A DNA stretch of 64,000 bases from Nemertoderma westbladi (Eukaryota > Animalia > Xenacoelomorpha). Every line of letters starts with the position of its first letter. Positions within the stretch are counted from its first letter, which is position 1. The position numbers and the translations under genes were made by a program. The notes under the pieces are model-generated. The model saw nothing but the letters and a program-made list of their open reading frames with translations. It was not told the DNA's origin and ran no database searches. This document shows, in pieces, positions 34,620 to 49,600 of the stretch. The stretch lies in assembly GCA_032718475.1 (NCBI GenBank), contig JAUCBJ010008499.1:1-64000 (forward strand). Reading direction: 5' to 3'.

Positions 34620-37600
34620 GTAACCTAAAGGATTCCATTGATCCAGTAACCTAAATGATTCCATTGATCCAGTAACCTAAAGGATTCCATTGATCCAGTA
34701 ACCTAAAGGACTTCATTGATCCAGTAACCTAAAGGATTCCATTGATCCAGTATCCTAAAGGATTCCATTGATCCAGTAACCTAAAGGACTCCATTGATCC
34801 AGTAACCTAAAGGATTCCATTGATCCAGTATCCTAAAGGATTCCATTGATCCAGTAACCTAAAGGACTCCATTGATCCAGTATCCTAAAGGATTCCATTG
34901 ATCCAGTAACCTAAAGGACTCCATTGATCCAGTAACCTAAAGGACTCCATTGATCCAGTAACCTAAAGGATTCCATTGATCCAGTAACCTAAATGATTCC
35001 ATTGATCCAGTAACCTAAAGGACTCCATTGATCCAGTAACCTAAAGGATTCCACTGATCCAGTATCCTAAAGAATTCCATTGATCCAGTAACCTAAAGGA
35101 TTCCACTGATCCAGTAACCTAAAGGATTCCATTGATCCAGTAACCTAAAGGATTCCACTGATCCAGTAACCTAAAGGATTCCACTGATCCAGTAACCTAA
35201 AGGATTCCATTGATCCAGTAACCTAAAGGATTCCATTGATCCAGTAACCTAAAGGATTCCATTGATCCAGTAACTTAAAGGACTCCATTGATCCAGTAAC
35301 CTAAAGGATTCCATTGATCCAGTAATCTAAAGGATTCCATTGATCCAGTAACCTAAAGGATTCCACTGATCCAGTATCCTAAATAATTCCATTGATCCAG
35401 TAACCTAAAGGATTCCACTGATCCAGTAACCTAAAGGATTCCATTGATCCAGTAACCTAAAGGATTACATTGATCCAGTAACCTAAATGATTCCATTGAT
35501 CCAGTAACCTAAAGGACTCCATTGATCCAGTAACCTAAAGGATTCCACTGATCCAGTAACCTAAAGGATTACATTGATCCAGTAACCTAAAGGATTCCAT
35601 TGATCCAGTAACCTAAAGGATTCCATTGATCCAGTAGCCTGTTAAAGGATTCCACTGATCCAGTATCCTAAAGAATTCCATTGATCCAGTAACCTAAAGG
35701 ATTCCACTGATCCAGTAACCTAAAGGATTCCATTGATCCAGTAACCTAAAGGATTCCATTGCTCCAGTAACCTAAAGGATTCCACTGATCCAGTAACCTA
35801 AAGGATTCCATTGATCTAGTAACCTAAAGGATTCCATTGATCCAGTAACCTAAAGAATTCCATTGATCCAGTAACCTAAAGGATTCCATTGATCCAGTAA
35901 CCTAAAGGATTCCACTGATCCAGTAACCTGTTAAAGGATTCCACTGATCCAGTATCCTAAAGAATTCCATTGATCCAGTAACCTAAAGGATTCCATTGAT
36001 CCAGTAACCTAAAGGATTCCACTGATCCAGTAACCTAAAGGATTCCATTGATCCAGTAACCTGTTAAAGGATTCCACTGATCCAGTATCCTAAAGAATTC
36101 CATTGATCCAGTAACCTAAAGGATTCCACTGATCCAGTAACCTAAAGGATTCCATTGATCCAGTAACCTAAAGGATTCCATTGATCCAGTAACCTAAAGG
36201 ATTCCATTAATCCAGTAACCTAAAGGATTCCATTGATCCAGTAACATAAAGGATTCCATTGATCCAGTAACCTAAAGGATTCCATTGATCCAGTAACATA
36301 AAGGATTCCACTGATCCAGTATCCTAAAGAATTCCATTGATCCAGTAACCTAAAGGATTCCATTGATCTAGTAACCTAAAGGATTCCATTGATCCAGTAA
36401 CCTAAAGGATTCCATTGATCCAGTAACCTAAAGGATTCCATTGATCCAGTAACCTAAAGGATTCCATTGATCCAGTAACCTAAAGGATTCCACTAATCCA
36501 GTAACCTGTTAAAGGATTCCACTGATCCAGTATCCTAAAGAATTCCATTAATCCAGTAACCTAAAGGATTCCATTGATCCAGTAACCTAAAGGATTCCAC
36601 TGATCCAGTAACCTAAAGGATTCCATTGATCCAGTAACCTGTTAAAGGATTCCATTGATCCAGTAACCTAAAGGAATCCATTGATCTAGTAACCTAAAGG
36701 ATTCCACTGATCCAGTAACCTAAAGGATTCCATTGATCCAGTAACCTAAAGGATTCCACTGATCCAGTAACCTAAAGGATTCCATTGATCCAGTAACCCA
36801 AAGGATTCCATTGATCCAGTAACCTAAAGGAATCCATTGATCCAGTAACATAAAGGATTCCATTGATCCTGTAACCTAAAGGATTCCATTGATCCAGTAA
36901 CATAAAGGATTCCACTGATCCAGTATCCGAAAGAATTCCATTGATCCAGTAACCTAAAGGATTCCATTGATCTAGTAACCTAAAGGATTCCATTGATCCA
37001 GTAACCTAAAGGATTCCATTGATCCAGTAACCTAAAGGATTCCATTGATCCAGTAACCTAAAGGATTCCACTGATCCAGTAACCTGTTAAAGGATTCCAC
37101 TGATCCAGTATCCTAAAGAATTCCATTGATCCAGTAACCTAAAGGATTCCATTGATCCAGTAACCTAAAGGATTCCATTGATCCAATAACCTAAAGGATT
37201 CCATTGCTCCAGTAACCGAAAGGATTCCACTGATCCAGTAACCTAAAGGATTCCATTGATCCAGTAACCTAAAGGATTCCATTGATCCAGTCACCTAAAG
37301 GATTCCATTGATCCAGTAACCTAAAGGATTCCATTGATCCAGTAACCTAAAGGATTCCATTGATCCAGTAACCTAAAGGACTCCATTGATCCAGTAACCT
37401 AAAGGATTCCATTGATCCAGTATCCTAAAGGATTCCATTGATCCAGTAACCTAAAGGACTCCATTGATCCAGTATCCTAAAGGATTCCATTGATCCAGTA
37501 ACCTAAAGGACTCCAATGATCCAGTAACCTAAAGGACTCCATTGATCCAGTAACCTAAAGGATTCCATTGATCCAGTAACCTAAATGATTCCATTGATCC

Positions 37601-40600
37601 AGTAACATAAAGGATTCCATTGATCCAGTAACCTAAAGGACTGCATTGATCCAGTAACCTAAAGGATTCCACTGATCCAGTATCCTAAAGAATTCCATTG
37701 ATCCAGTAACCTAAAGGATTCCATTGCTCCAGTAACCTAAAGGATTCCACTGATCCAGTAACCTAAAGGATTCCATTGATCCAGTAACCTAAATGATTAC
37801 ATTGATCCAGTAACCTAAAGGACTCCATTGATCCAGTAACCTAAAGGATTCCATTGATCCAGTAATCTAAATGATTCCATTGATCCAGTAACCTAAAGGA
37901 TTCCATTGATCCAGTAACCTAAAGGACTCCATTGATCCAGTAACCTAAAGGATTCCATTGATCCAGTAACCTAAAGGATTCCATTGATCCAGTAACCTGT
38001 TAAAGGATTCCACTGATCCAGTAACCTAAAGGATTCCATTGATCCAGTAACCTAAAGGATTCCATTGATCCAGTAACCTAAAGGATTCCATTGATCCAGT
38101 AACCTGTTAAAGGATTCCACTGATCCAGTAACCTAAAGGATTCCATTGATCCAGTAACCTAAAGGATTCCATTGATCCAGTAACCTAAAGGATTCCATTG
38201 ATCCATTAACCTGTTAAAGGATTCCACTAATCCAGTAACCTAAAGGATTCCATTGATCCAGTAACCTAAAGGATTCCATTGATCCAGTAACCTAAAGGAT
38301 TCCACTGATCCAGTAACCTAAATGATTCCATTGATCCAGTAACCTAAAGGATTCCACTGATCCAGTATCCTAAAGAATTCCATTGATCCAGTAACCTAAA
38401 GGATTCCACTGATCCAGTAACCTAAAGGATTCCATTGATCCAGTAACCTGTTAAAGGATTCCACTGATCCAGTATCCTAAAGAATTCCATTGATCCAGTA
38501 ACCTGTTAAAGGATTCCACTGATCCAGTAACCTAAAGGATTCCACTGATCCAGTAACCTAAAGGATTCCATTGATCCAGTAACCTGTTAAAGGATTCCAC
38601 TGATCCAGTATCCTAAAGAATTCCATTGATCCAGTAACCTAAAGGATTCCACTGATCCAGTAACCTAAAGGATTCCATTGATCCAGTAACCTAAAGGATT
38701 CCACTGATCCAGTAACCTAAAGGATTCCATTGATCCAGTAACCTAAAGGATTCCATTGATCCAGTAACCTAAAGGACTCCACTGATCCAGTAACCTGTTA
38801 AAGGATTCCATTGATCCAGTAACCTAAAGGATTCCATTGATCTAGTAACCTAAAGGATTCCATTGATCCAGTAACCTAAAGGATTCCATTGATCCAGTAA
38901 CCTAAATGATTCCATTGATCCAGTAACCTAAAGGATTCCATTGATCCAGTAACCTAAAGGACTTCATTGATCCAGTAACCTAAAGGATTCCATTGATCCA
39001 GTATCCTAAAGGATTCCATTGATCCAGTAACCTAAAGGACTCCATTGATCCAGTAACCTAAAGGATTCCATTGATCCAGTATCCTAAAGGATTCCATTGA
39101 TCCAGTAACCTAAAGGACTCCATTGATCCAGTATCCTAAAGGATTCCATTGATCCAGTAACCTAAAGGACTCCATTGATCCAGTAACCTAAAGGACTCCA
39201 TTGATCCAGTAACCTAAAGGATTCCATTGATCCAGTAACCTAAATGATTCCATTGATCCAGTAACCTAAAGGACTCCATTGATCCAGTAACCTAAAGGAT
39301 TCCACTGATCCAGTATCCTAAAGAATTCCATTGATCCAGTAACCTAAAGGATTCCACTGATCCAGTAACCTAAAGGATTCCATTGATCCAGTAACCTAAA
39401 GGATTCCACTGATCCAGTAACCTAAAGGATTCCACTGATCCAGTAACCTAAAGGATTCCATTGATCCAGTAACCTAAAGGATTCCATTGATCCAGTAACC
39501 TAAAGGATTCCATTGATCCAGTAACTTAAAGGACTCCATTGATCCAGTAACCTAAAGGATTCCATTGATCCAGTAATCTAAAGGATTCCATTGATCCAGT
39601 AACCTAAACGATTCCACTGATCCAGTATCCTAAATAATTCCATTGATCCAGTAACCTAAAGGATTCCACTGATCCAGTAACCTAAAGGATTCCATTGATC
39701 CAGTAACCTAAAGGATTACATTGATCCAGTAACCTAAATGATTCCATTGATCCAGTAACCTAAAGGACTCCATTGATCCAGTAACCTAAAGGATTCCACT
39801 GATCCAGTAACCTAAAGGATTACATTGATCCAGTAACCTAAAGGATTCCATTGATCCAGTAACCTAAAGGATTCCATTGATCCAGTAGCCTGTTAAAGGA
39901 TTCCACTGATCCAGTATCCTAAAGAATTCCATTGATCCAGTAACCTAAAGGATTCCACTGATCCAGTAACCTAAAGGATTCCATTGATCCAGTAACCTAA
40001 AGGATTCCATTGATCCAGTAACTTAAAGGACTCCATTGATCCAGTAACCTAAAGGATTCCATTGATCCAGTAATCTAAAGGATTCCATTGATCCAGTAAC
40101 CTAAAGGATTCCACTGATCCAGTATCCTAAATAATTCCATTGATCCAGTAACCTAAAGGATTCCACTGATCCAGTAACCTAAAGGATTCCATTGATCCAG
40201 TAACCTAAAGGATTCCATTGATCCAGTAACTTAAAGGACTCCATTGATCCAGTAACCTAAAGGATTCCATTGATCCAGTAATCTAAAGGATTCCATTGAT
40301 CCAGTAACCTAAAGGATTCCACTGATCCAGTATCCTAAATAATTCCATTGATCCAGTAACCTAAAGGATTCCACTGATCCAGTAACCTAAAGGATTCCAT
40401 TGATCCAGTAACCTAAAGGATTACATTGATCCAGTAACCTAAATGATTCCATTGATCCAGTAACCTAAAGGACTCCATTGATCCAGTAACCTAAAGGATT
40501 CCACTGATCCAGTAACCTAAAGGATTACATTGATCCAGTAACCTAAAGGATTCCATTGATCCAGTAACCTAAAGGATTCCATTGATCCAGTAGCCTGTTA

Positions 40601-43600
40601 AAGGATTCCACTGATCCAGTATCCTAAAGAATTCCATTGATCCAGTAACCTAAAGGATTCCACTGATCCAGTAACCTAAAGGATTCCATTGATCCAGTAA
40701 CCTAAAGGATTCCATTGATCCAGTAACCTAAAGGATTCCATTAATCCAGTAACCTAAAGGATTCCATTGATCCAGTAACATAAAGGATTCCATTGATCCA
40801 GTAACCTAAAGGATTCCATTGATCCAGTAACATAAAGGATTCCACTGATCCAGTATCCTAAAGAATTCCATTGATCCAGTAACCTAAAGGATTCCATTGA
40901 TCTAGTAACCTAAAGGATTCCATTGATCCAGTAACCTAAAGGATTCCATTGATCCAGTAACCTAAAGGATTCCATTGATCCAGTAACCTAAAGGATTCCA
41001 TTGATCCAGTAACCTAAAGGATTCCACTGATCCAGTAACCTGTTAAAGGATTCCACTGATCCAGTATCCTAAAGAATTCCATTAATCCAGTAACCTAAAG
41101 GATTCCATTGATCCAGTAACCTAAAGGATTCCACTGATCCAGTAACCTAAAGGATTCCATTGATCCAGTAACCTGTTAAAGGATTCCATTGATCCAGTAA
41201 CCTAAAGGAATCCATTGATCTAGTAACCTAAAGGATTCCACTGATCCAGTAACCTAAAGGATTCCATTGATCCAGTAACCTAAAGGATTCCACTGATCCA
41301 GTAACCTAAAGGATTCCATTGATCCAGTAACCCAAAGGATTCCATTGATCCAGTAACCTAAAGGAATCCATTGATCCAGTAACATAAAGGATTCCATTGA
41401 TCCTGTAACCTAAAGGATTCCATTGATCCAGTAACATAAAGGATTCCACTGATCCAGTATCCGAAAGAATTCCATTGATCCAGTAACCTAAAGGATTCCA
41501 TTGATCTAGTAACCTAAAGGATTCCATTGATCCAGTAACCTAAAGGATTCCATTGATCCAGTAACCTAAAGGATTCCATTGATCCAGTAACCTAAAGGAT
41601 TCCACTGATCCAGTAACCTGTTAAAGGATTCCACTGATCCAGTATCCTAAAGAATTCCATTGATCCAGTAACCTAAAGGATTCCATTGATCCAGTAACCT
41701 AAAGGATTCCATTGATCTAGTAACCTAAAGGATTCCATTGATCCAGTAACCTAAAGGATTCCACTGATCCAGTAACCTAAAGGATTCCATTGATCAATTA
41801 ACCTGTTAAAGGATTCCATTGATCCAATAACCTAAAGGATTCCATTGCTCCAGTAACCGAAAGGATTCCACTGATCCAGTAACCTAAAGGATTCCATTGC
41901 TCCAGTAACCGAAAGGATTCCATTGATCCAGTAACATAAAGGATTCCATTGATCCTGTAACCTAAAGGATTCCATTGATCCAGTAACATAAAGGATTCCA
42001 CTGATCCAGTATCCGAAAGAATTCCATTGATCCAGTAACCTAAAGGATTCCATTGATCTAGTAACCTAAAGGATTCCATTGATCCAGTAACCTAAAGGAT
42101 TCCATTGATCCAGTAACCTAAAGGATTCCATTGATCCAGTAACCTAAAGGATTCCACTGATCCAGTAACCTGTTAAAGGATTCCACTGATCCAGTATCCT
42201 AAAGAATTCCATTGATCCAGTAACCTAAAGGATTCCATTGATCCAGTAACCTAAAGGATTCCATTGATCTAGTAACCTAAAGGATTCCATTGATCCAGTA
42301 ACCTAAAGGATTCCACTGATCCAGTAACCTAAAGGATTCCATTGATCAATTAACCTGTTAAAGGATTCCATTGATCCAATAACCTAAAGGATTCCATTGC
42401 TCCAGTAACCGAAAGGATTCCACTGATCCAGTAACCTAAAGGATTCCATTGCTCCAGTAACCGAAAGGATTCCATTGATCCAGTAACCTAAAGGATTCCA
42501 TTGATCCAGTAACCTAAAGGACTCCATTGATCCAGTAACCTAAAGGATTCCATTGATCCAGTATCCTAAAGGATTCCATTGATCCAGTAACCTAAAGGAC
42601 TCCATTGATCCAGTATCCTAAAGGATTCCATTGATCCAGTAACCTAAAGGACTCCAATGATCCAGTAACCTAAAGGACTCCATTGATCCAGTAACCTAAA
42701 GGATTCCATTGATCCAGTAACCTAAATGATTCCATTGATCCAGTAACCTAAAGGATTCCATTGATCCAGTAACCTAAAGGACTGCATTGATCCAGTAACC
42801 TAAAGGATTCCACTGATCCAGTATCCTAAAGAATTCCATTGATCCAGTAACCTAAAGGATTCCATTGCTCCAGTAACCTAAAGGATTCCACTGATCCAGT
42901 AACCTAAAGGATTCCATTGATCCAGTAACCTAAATGATTCCATTGATCCAGTAACCTAAAGGACTCCATTGATCTAGTAACCTAAAGGATTCCATTGATC
43001 CAGTAATCTAAATGATTCCATTGATCCAGTAACCTAAAGGATTCCATTGATCCAGTAACCTAAAGGACTCCATTGATCCAGTAACCTAAAGGATTCCATT
43101 GATCCAGTAACCTAAAGGATTCCATTGATCCAGTAACCTGTTAAAGGATTCCACTGATCCAGTAACCTAAAGGATTCCATTGATCCAGTAACCTAAAGGA
43201 TTCCATTGATCCAGTAACCTAAAGGATTCCATTGATCCAGTAACCTGTTAAAGGATTCCACTGATCCAGTAACCTAAAGGATTCCATTGATCCAGTAACC
43301 TAAAGGATTCCATTGATCCAGTAACCTAAAGGATTCCATTGATCCATTAACCTGTTAAAGGATTCCACTAATCCAGTAACCTAAAGGATTCCATTGATCC
43401 AGTAACCTAAAGGATTCCATTGATCCAGTAACCTAAAGGATTCCACTGATCCAGTAACCTAAATGATTCCATTGATCCAGTAACCTAAAGGATTCCACTG
43501 ATCCAGTATCCTAAAGAATTCCATTGATCCAGTAACCTAAAGGATTCCACTGATCCAGTAACCTAAAGGATTCCATTGATCCAGTAACCTGTTAAAGGAT

Positions 43601-46600
43601 TCCACTGATCCAGTATCCTAAAGAATTCCATTGATCCAGTAACCTGTTAAAGGATTCCACTGATCCAGTAACCTAAAGGATTCCACTGATCCAGTAACCT
43701 AAAGGATTCCATTGATCCAGTAACCTGTTAAAGGATTCCACTGATCCAGTATCCTAAAGAATTCCATTGATCCAGTAACCTAAAGGATTCCACTGATCCA
43801 GTAACCTAAAGGATTCCATTGATCCAGTAACCTAAAGGATTCCACTGATCCAGTAACCTAAAGGATTCCATTGATCCAGTAACCTAAAGGATTCCATTGA
43901 TCCAGTAACCTAAAGGACTCCACTGATCCAGTAACCTGTTAAAGGATTCCATTGATCCAGTAACCTAAAGGATTCCATTGATCTAGTAACCTAAAGGATT
44001 CCATTGATCCAGTAACCTAAAGGATTCCATTGATCCAGTAACCTAAATGATTCCATTGATCCAGTAACCTAAAGGATTCCATTGATCCAGTAACCTAAAG
44101 GACTTCATTGATCCAGTAACCTAAAGGATTCCATTGATCCAGTATCCTAAAGGATTCCATTGATCCAGTAACCTAAAGGACTCCATTGATCCAGTAACCT
44201 AAAGGATTCCATTGATCCAGTATCCTAAAGGATTCCATTGATCCAGTAACCTAAAGGACTCCATTGATCCAGTATCCTAAAGGATTCCATTGATCCAGTA
44301 ACCTAAAGGACTCCATTGATCCAGTAACCTAAAGGACTCCATTGATCCAGTAACCTAAAGGATTCCATTGATCCAGTAACCTAAATGATTCCATTGATCC
44401 AGTAACCTAAAGGACTCCATTGATCCAGTAACCTAAAGGATTCCACTGATCCAGTATCCTAAAGAATTCCATTGATCCAGTAACCTAAAGGATTCCACTG
44501 ATCCAGTAACCTAAAGGATTCCATTGATCCAGTAACCTAAAGGATTCCACTGATCCAGTAACCTAAAGGATTCCACTGATCCAGTAACCTAAAGGATTCC
44601 ATTGATCCAGTAACCTAAAGGATTCCATTGATCCAGTAACCTAAAGGATTCCATTGATCCAGTAACTTAAAGGACTCCATTGATCCAGTAACCTAAAGGA
44701 TTCCATTGATCCAGTAATCTAAAGGATTCCATTGATCCAGTAACCTAAAGGATTCCACTGATCCAGTATCCTAAATAATTCCATTGATCCAGTAACCTAA
44801 AGGATTCCACTGATCCAGTAACCTAAAGGATTCCATTGATCCAGTAACCTAAAGGATTACATTGATCCAGTAACCTAAATGATTCCATTGATCCAGTAAC
44901 CTAAAGGACTCCATTGATCCAGTAACCTAAAGGATTCCACTGATCCAGTAACCTAAAGGATTACATTGATCCAGTAACCTAAAGGATTCCATTGATCCAG
45001 TAACCTAAAGGATTCCATTGATCCAGTAGCCTGTTAAAGGATTCCACTGATCCAGTAACCTAAAGGATTCCATTGATCCAGTAACCTAAAGGATTCCACT
45101 GATCCAGTAACCTAAAGGATTCCATTGATCCAGTAACCTAAATGATTCCATTGATCCAGTCACCTAAAGGATTCCATTGATCCAGTAACCTAAAGGACTC
45201 CATTGATCCAGTAACCTAAAGGATTCCATTGATCCAGTAACCTAAAGGATTCCACTGATCCAGTATCCTAAAGAATTCCATTGATCCAGTAACCTAAAGG
45301 ATTCCACTGATCCAGTAACCTAAAGGATTCCATTGATCCAGTAACATAAAGGATTCCATTGATCCAGTAACCTAAAGGATTCCATTGATCCAGCAACCTA
45401 AAGGATTCCATTGATCCAGTAACCTAAAGGATTCCACTGATCCAGTAACCTAAAGGATTCCATTGATCCAGTAACATGTTAAAGGATTCCACTGATCCAG
45501 TAACCTAAAGGATTCCATTGATCCAGTAACCTAAAGGATTCCATTGATCCAGTAACCTAAAGGATTCCACTGATCCAGTAACCTAAAGGATTCCATTGAT
45601 CCAGTAACCTGTTAAAGGATTCCACTGATCCAGTAACCTAAAGGATTCCATTGATCCAGTAACCTAAAGGATTCCACTGATCCGGTACCCTAAAGGACTC
45701 CATTGATCCAGTAACCTAAATGATTCCATTGATCCAGTCACCTAAAGGATTCCATTGATCCAGTAACCTAAAGGATTCCACTGATCCAGTAACCTAAAGG
45801 ATTCCATTGATCCAGTAACATAAAGGATTCCATTGATCCAGTAATCGAAAGGATTCCATTGATCCAGTAACCTAAAGGATTCCATTGATCCAGTAACCTA
45901 AAGGAATCCATTGATCTAGTAACCTAAAGGAATCCATTGATCTAGTAACCTAAAGGATTCCATTGATCCAGTAACATAAAGGATTCCATTGATCCAGTAA
46001 TCGAAAGGATTCCATTGATCCAGTAACCTAAAGAATTCCATTGATCCAGTAACCTAAAGGATTCCACTGATCCAGTAACCTAAAGGATTCCATTGATCCA
46101 GTAACATAAAGGATTCCATTGATCCAGTAACCTAAAGGATTCCATTGATCCAGCAACCTAAAGGATTCCATTGATCCAGTAACCTAAAGGATTCCACTGA
46201 TCCAGTAACCTAAAGGATTCCATTGATCCAGTAACATGTTAAAGGATTCCACTGATCCAGTAACCTAAAGGATTCCACTGATCCAGTAACCTAAAGGATT
46301 CCATTGATCCAGTAACATAAAGGATTCCATTGATCCAGTAACCTAAAGGATTCCATTGATCCAGCAACCTAAAGGATTCCATTGATCCAGTAACCTAAAG
46401 GATTCCACTGATCCAGTAACCTAAAGGATTCCATTGATCCAGTAACATGTTAAAGGATTCCATTGATCCAGTAACCTAAAGGATTCCACTGATCCAGTAT
46501 CCTAAAGAATTCCATTGATCCAGTAACCTAAAGGATTCCACTGATCCAGTAACCTAAAGGATTCCATTGATCCAGTAACCTGTTAAAGGATTCCACTGAT

Positions 46601-49600
46601 CCAGTATCCTAAAGAATTCCATTGATCCAGTAACCTGTTAAAGGATTCCACTGATCCAGTAACCTAAAGGATTCCACTGATCCAGTAACCTAAAGGATTC
46701 CATTGATCCAGTAACCTGTTAAAGGATTCCACTGATCCAGTATCCTAAAGAATTCCATTGATCCAGTAACCTAAAGGATTCCACTGATCCAGTAACCTAA
46801 AGGATTCCATTGATCCAGTAACCTAAAGGATTCCACTGATCCAGTAACCTAAAGGATTCCATTGATCCAGTAACCTAAAGGATTCCATTGATCCAGTAAC
46901 CTAAAGGACTCCACTGATCCAGTAACCTGTTAAAGGATTCCATTGATCCAGTAACCTAAAGGATTCCATTGATCTAGTAACCTAAAGGATTCCATTGATC
47001 CAGTAACCTAAAGGATTCCATTGATCCAGTAACCTAAATGATTCCATTGATCCAGTAACCTAAAGGATTCCATTGATCCAGTAACCTAAAGGACTTCATT
47101 GATCCAGTAACCTAAAGGATTCCATTGATCCAGTATCCTAAAGGATTCCATTGATCCAGTAACCTAAAGGACTCCATTGATCCAGTAACCTAAAGGATTC
47201 CATTGATCCAGTATCCTAAAGGATTCCATTGATCCAGTAACCTAAAGGACTCCATTGATCCAGTATCCTAAAGGATTCCATTGATCCAGTAACCTAAAGG
47301 ACTCCATTGATCCAGTAACCTAAAGGACTCCATTGATCCAGTAACCTAAAGGATTCCATTGATCCAGTAACCTAAATGATTCCATTGATCCAGTAACCTA
47401 AAGGACTCCATTGATCCAGTAACCTAAAGGATTCCACTGATCCAGTATCCTAAAGAATTCCATTGATCCAGTAACCTAAAGGATTCCACTGATCCAGTAA
47501 CCTAAAGGATTCCATTGATCCAGTAACCTAAAGGATTCCACTGATCCAGTAACCTAAAGGATTCCACTGATCCAGTAACCTAAAGGATTCCATTGATCCA
47601 GTAACCTAAAGGATTCCATTGATCCAGTAACCTAAAGGATTCCATTGATCCAGTAACTTAAAGGACTCCATTGATCCAGTAACCTAAAGGATTCCATTGA
47701 TCCAGTAATCTAAAGGATTCCATTGATCCAGTAGCCTGTTAAAGGATTCCACTGATCCAGTATCCTAAATAATTCCATTGATCCAGTAACCTAAAGGATT
47801 CCACTGATCCAGTAACCTAAAGGATTCCATTGATCCAGTAACCTAAAGGATTACATTGATCCAGTAACCTAAATGATTCCATTGATCCAGTAACCTAAAG
47901 GACTCCATTGATCCAGTAACCTAAAGGATTCCACTGATCCAGTAACCTAAAGGATTACATTGATCCAGTAACCTAAAGGATTCCATTGATCCAGTAACCT
48001 AAAGGATTCCACTGATCCAGTAACCTAAAGGATTCCATTGATCCAGTAACATAAAGGATTCCATTGATCCAGTAACCTAAAGGATTCCATTGATCCAGCA
48101 ACCTAAAGGATTCCATTGATCCAGTAACCTAAAGGATTCCACTGATCCAGTAACCTAAAGGATTCCATTGATCCAGTAACATGTTAAAGGATTCCACTGA
48201 TCCAGTAACCTAAAGGATTCCATTGATCCAGTAACCTAAAGGATTCCATTGATCCAGTAACCTAAAGGATTCCACTGATCCAGTAACCTAAAGGATTCCA
48301 TTGATCCAGTAACCTGTTAAAGGATTCCACTGATCCAGTAACCTAAAGGATTCCATTGATCCAGTAACCTAAAGGATTCCACTGATCCGGTACCCTAAAG
48401 GACTCCATTGATCCAGTAACCTAAATGATTCCATTGATCCAGTCACCTAAAGGATTCCATTGATCCAGTAACCTAAAGGATTCCACTGATCCAGTAACCT
48501 AAAGGATTCCATTGATCCAGTAACATAAAGGATTCCATTGATCCAGTAATCGAAAGGATTCCATTGATCCAGTAACCTAAAGGATTCCATTGATCCAGTA
48601 ACCTAAAGGAATCCATTGATCTAGTAACCTAAAGGAATCCATTGATCTAGTAACCTAAAGGATTCCATTGATCCAGTAACATAAAGGATTCCATTGATCC
48701 AGTAATCGAAAGGATTCCATTGATCCAGTAACCTAAAGAATTCCATTGATCCAGTAACCTAAAGGATTCCACTGATCCAGTAACCTAAAGGATTCCATTG
48801 ATCCAGTAACATAAAGGATTCCATTGATCCAGTAACCTAAAGGATTCCATTGATCCAGCAACCTAAAGGATTCCATTGATCCAGTAACCTAAAGGATTCC
48901 ACTGATCCAGTAACCTAAAGGATTCCATTGATCCAGTAACATGTTAAAGGATTCCACTGATCCAGTAACCTAAAGGATTCCATTGATCCAGTAACCTAAA
49001 GGATTCCATTGATCCAGTAACCTAAAGGATTCCACTGATCCAGTAACCTAAAGGATTCCATTGATCCAGTAACCTGTTAAAGGATTCCACTGATCCAGTA
49101 ACCTAAAGGATTCCATTGATCCAGTAACCTAAAGGATTCCACTGATCCAGTACCCTAAAGGACTCCATTGATCCAGTAACCTAAATGATTCCATTGATCC
49201 AGTCACCTAAAGGATTCCATTGATCCAGTAACCTAAAGGATTCCATTGATCCAGTAACCTAAAGGACTTCATTGATCCAGTAACCTAAAGGATTCCATTG
49301 ATCCAGTATCCTAAAGGATTCCATTGATCCAGTAACCTAAAGGATTCCATTGATCCAGTAACCTAAAGGATTCCATTGATCCAGTAACCTAAAGGATTCC
49401 ACTGATCCAGTAACCTAAAGGATTCCATTGATCCAGTAACCTGTTAAAGGATTCCACTGATCCAGTAACCTAAAGGATTCCATTGATCCAGTAACCTAAA
49501 GGATTCCATTGATCTAGTAACCTAAAGGATTCCATTGATCCAGTAACCTAAAGGATTCCATTGATCCAGTAACCTAAATGATTCCATTGATCCAGTAACC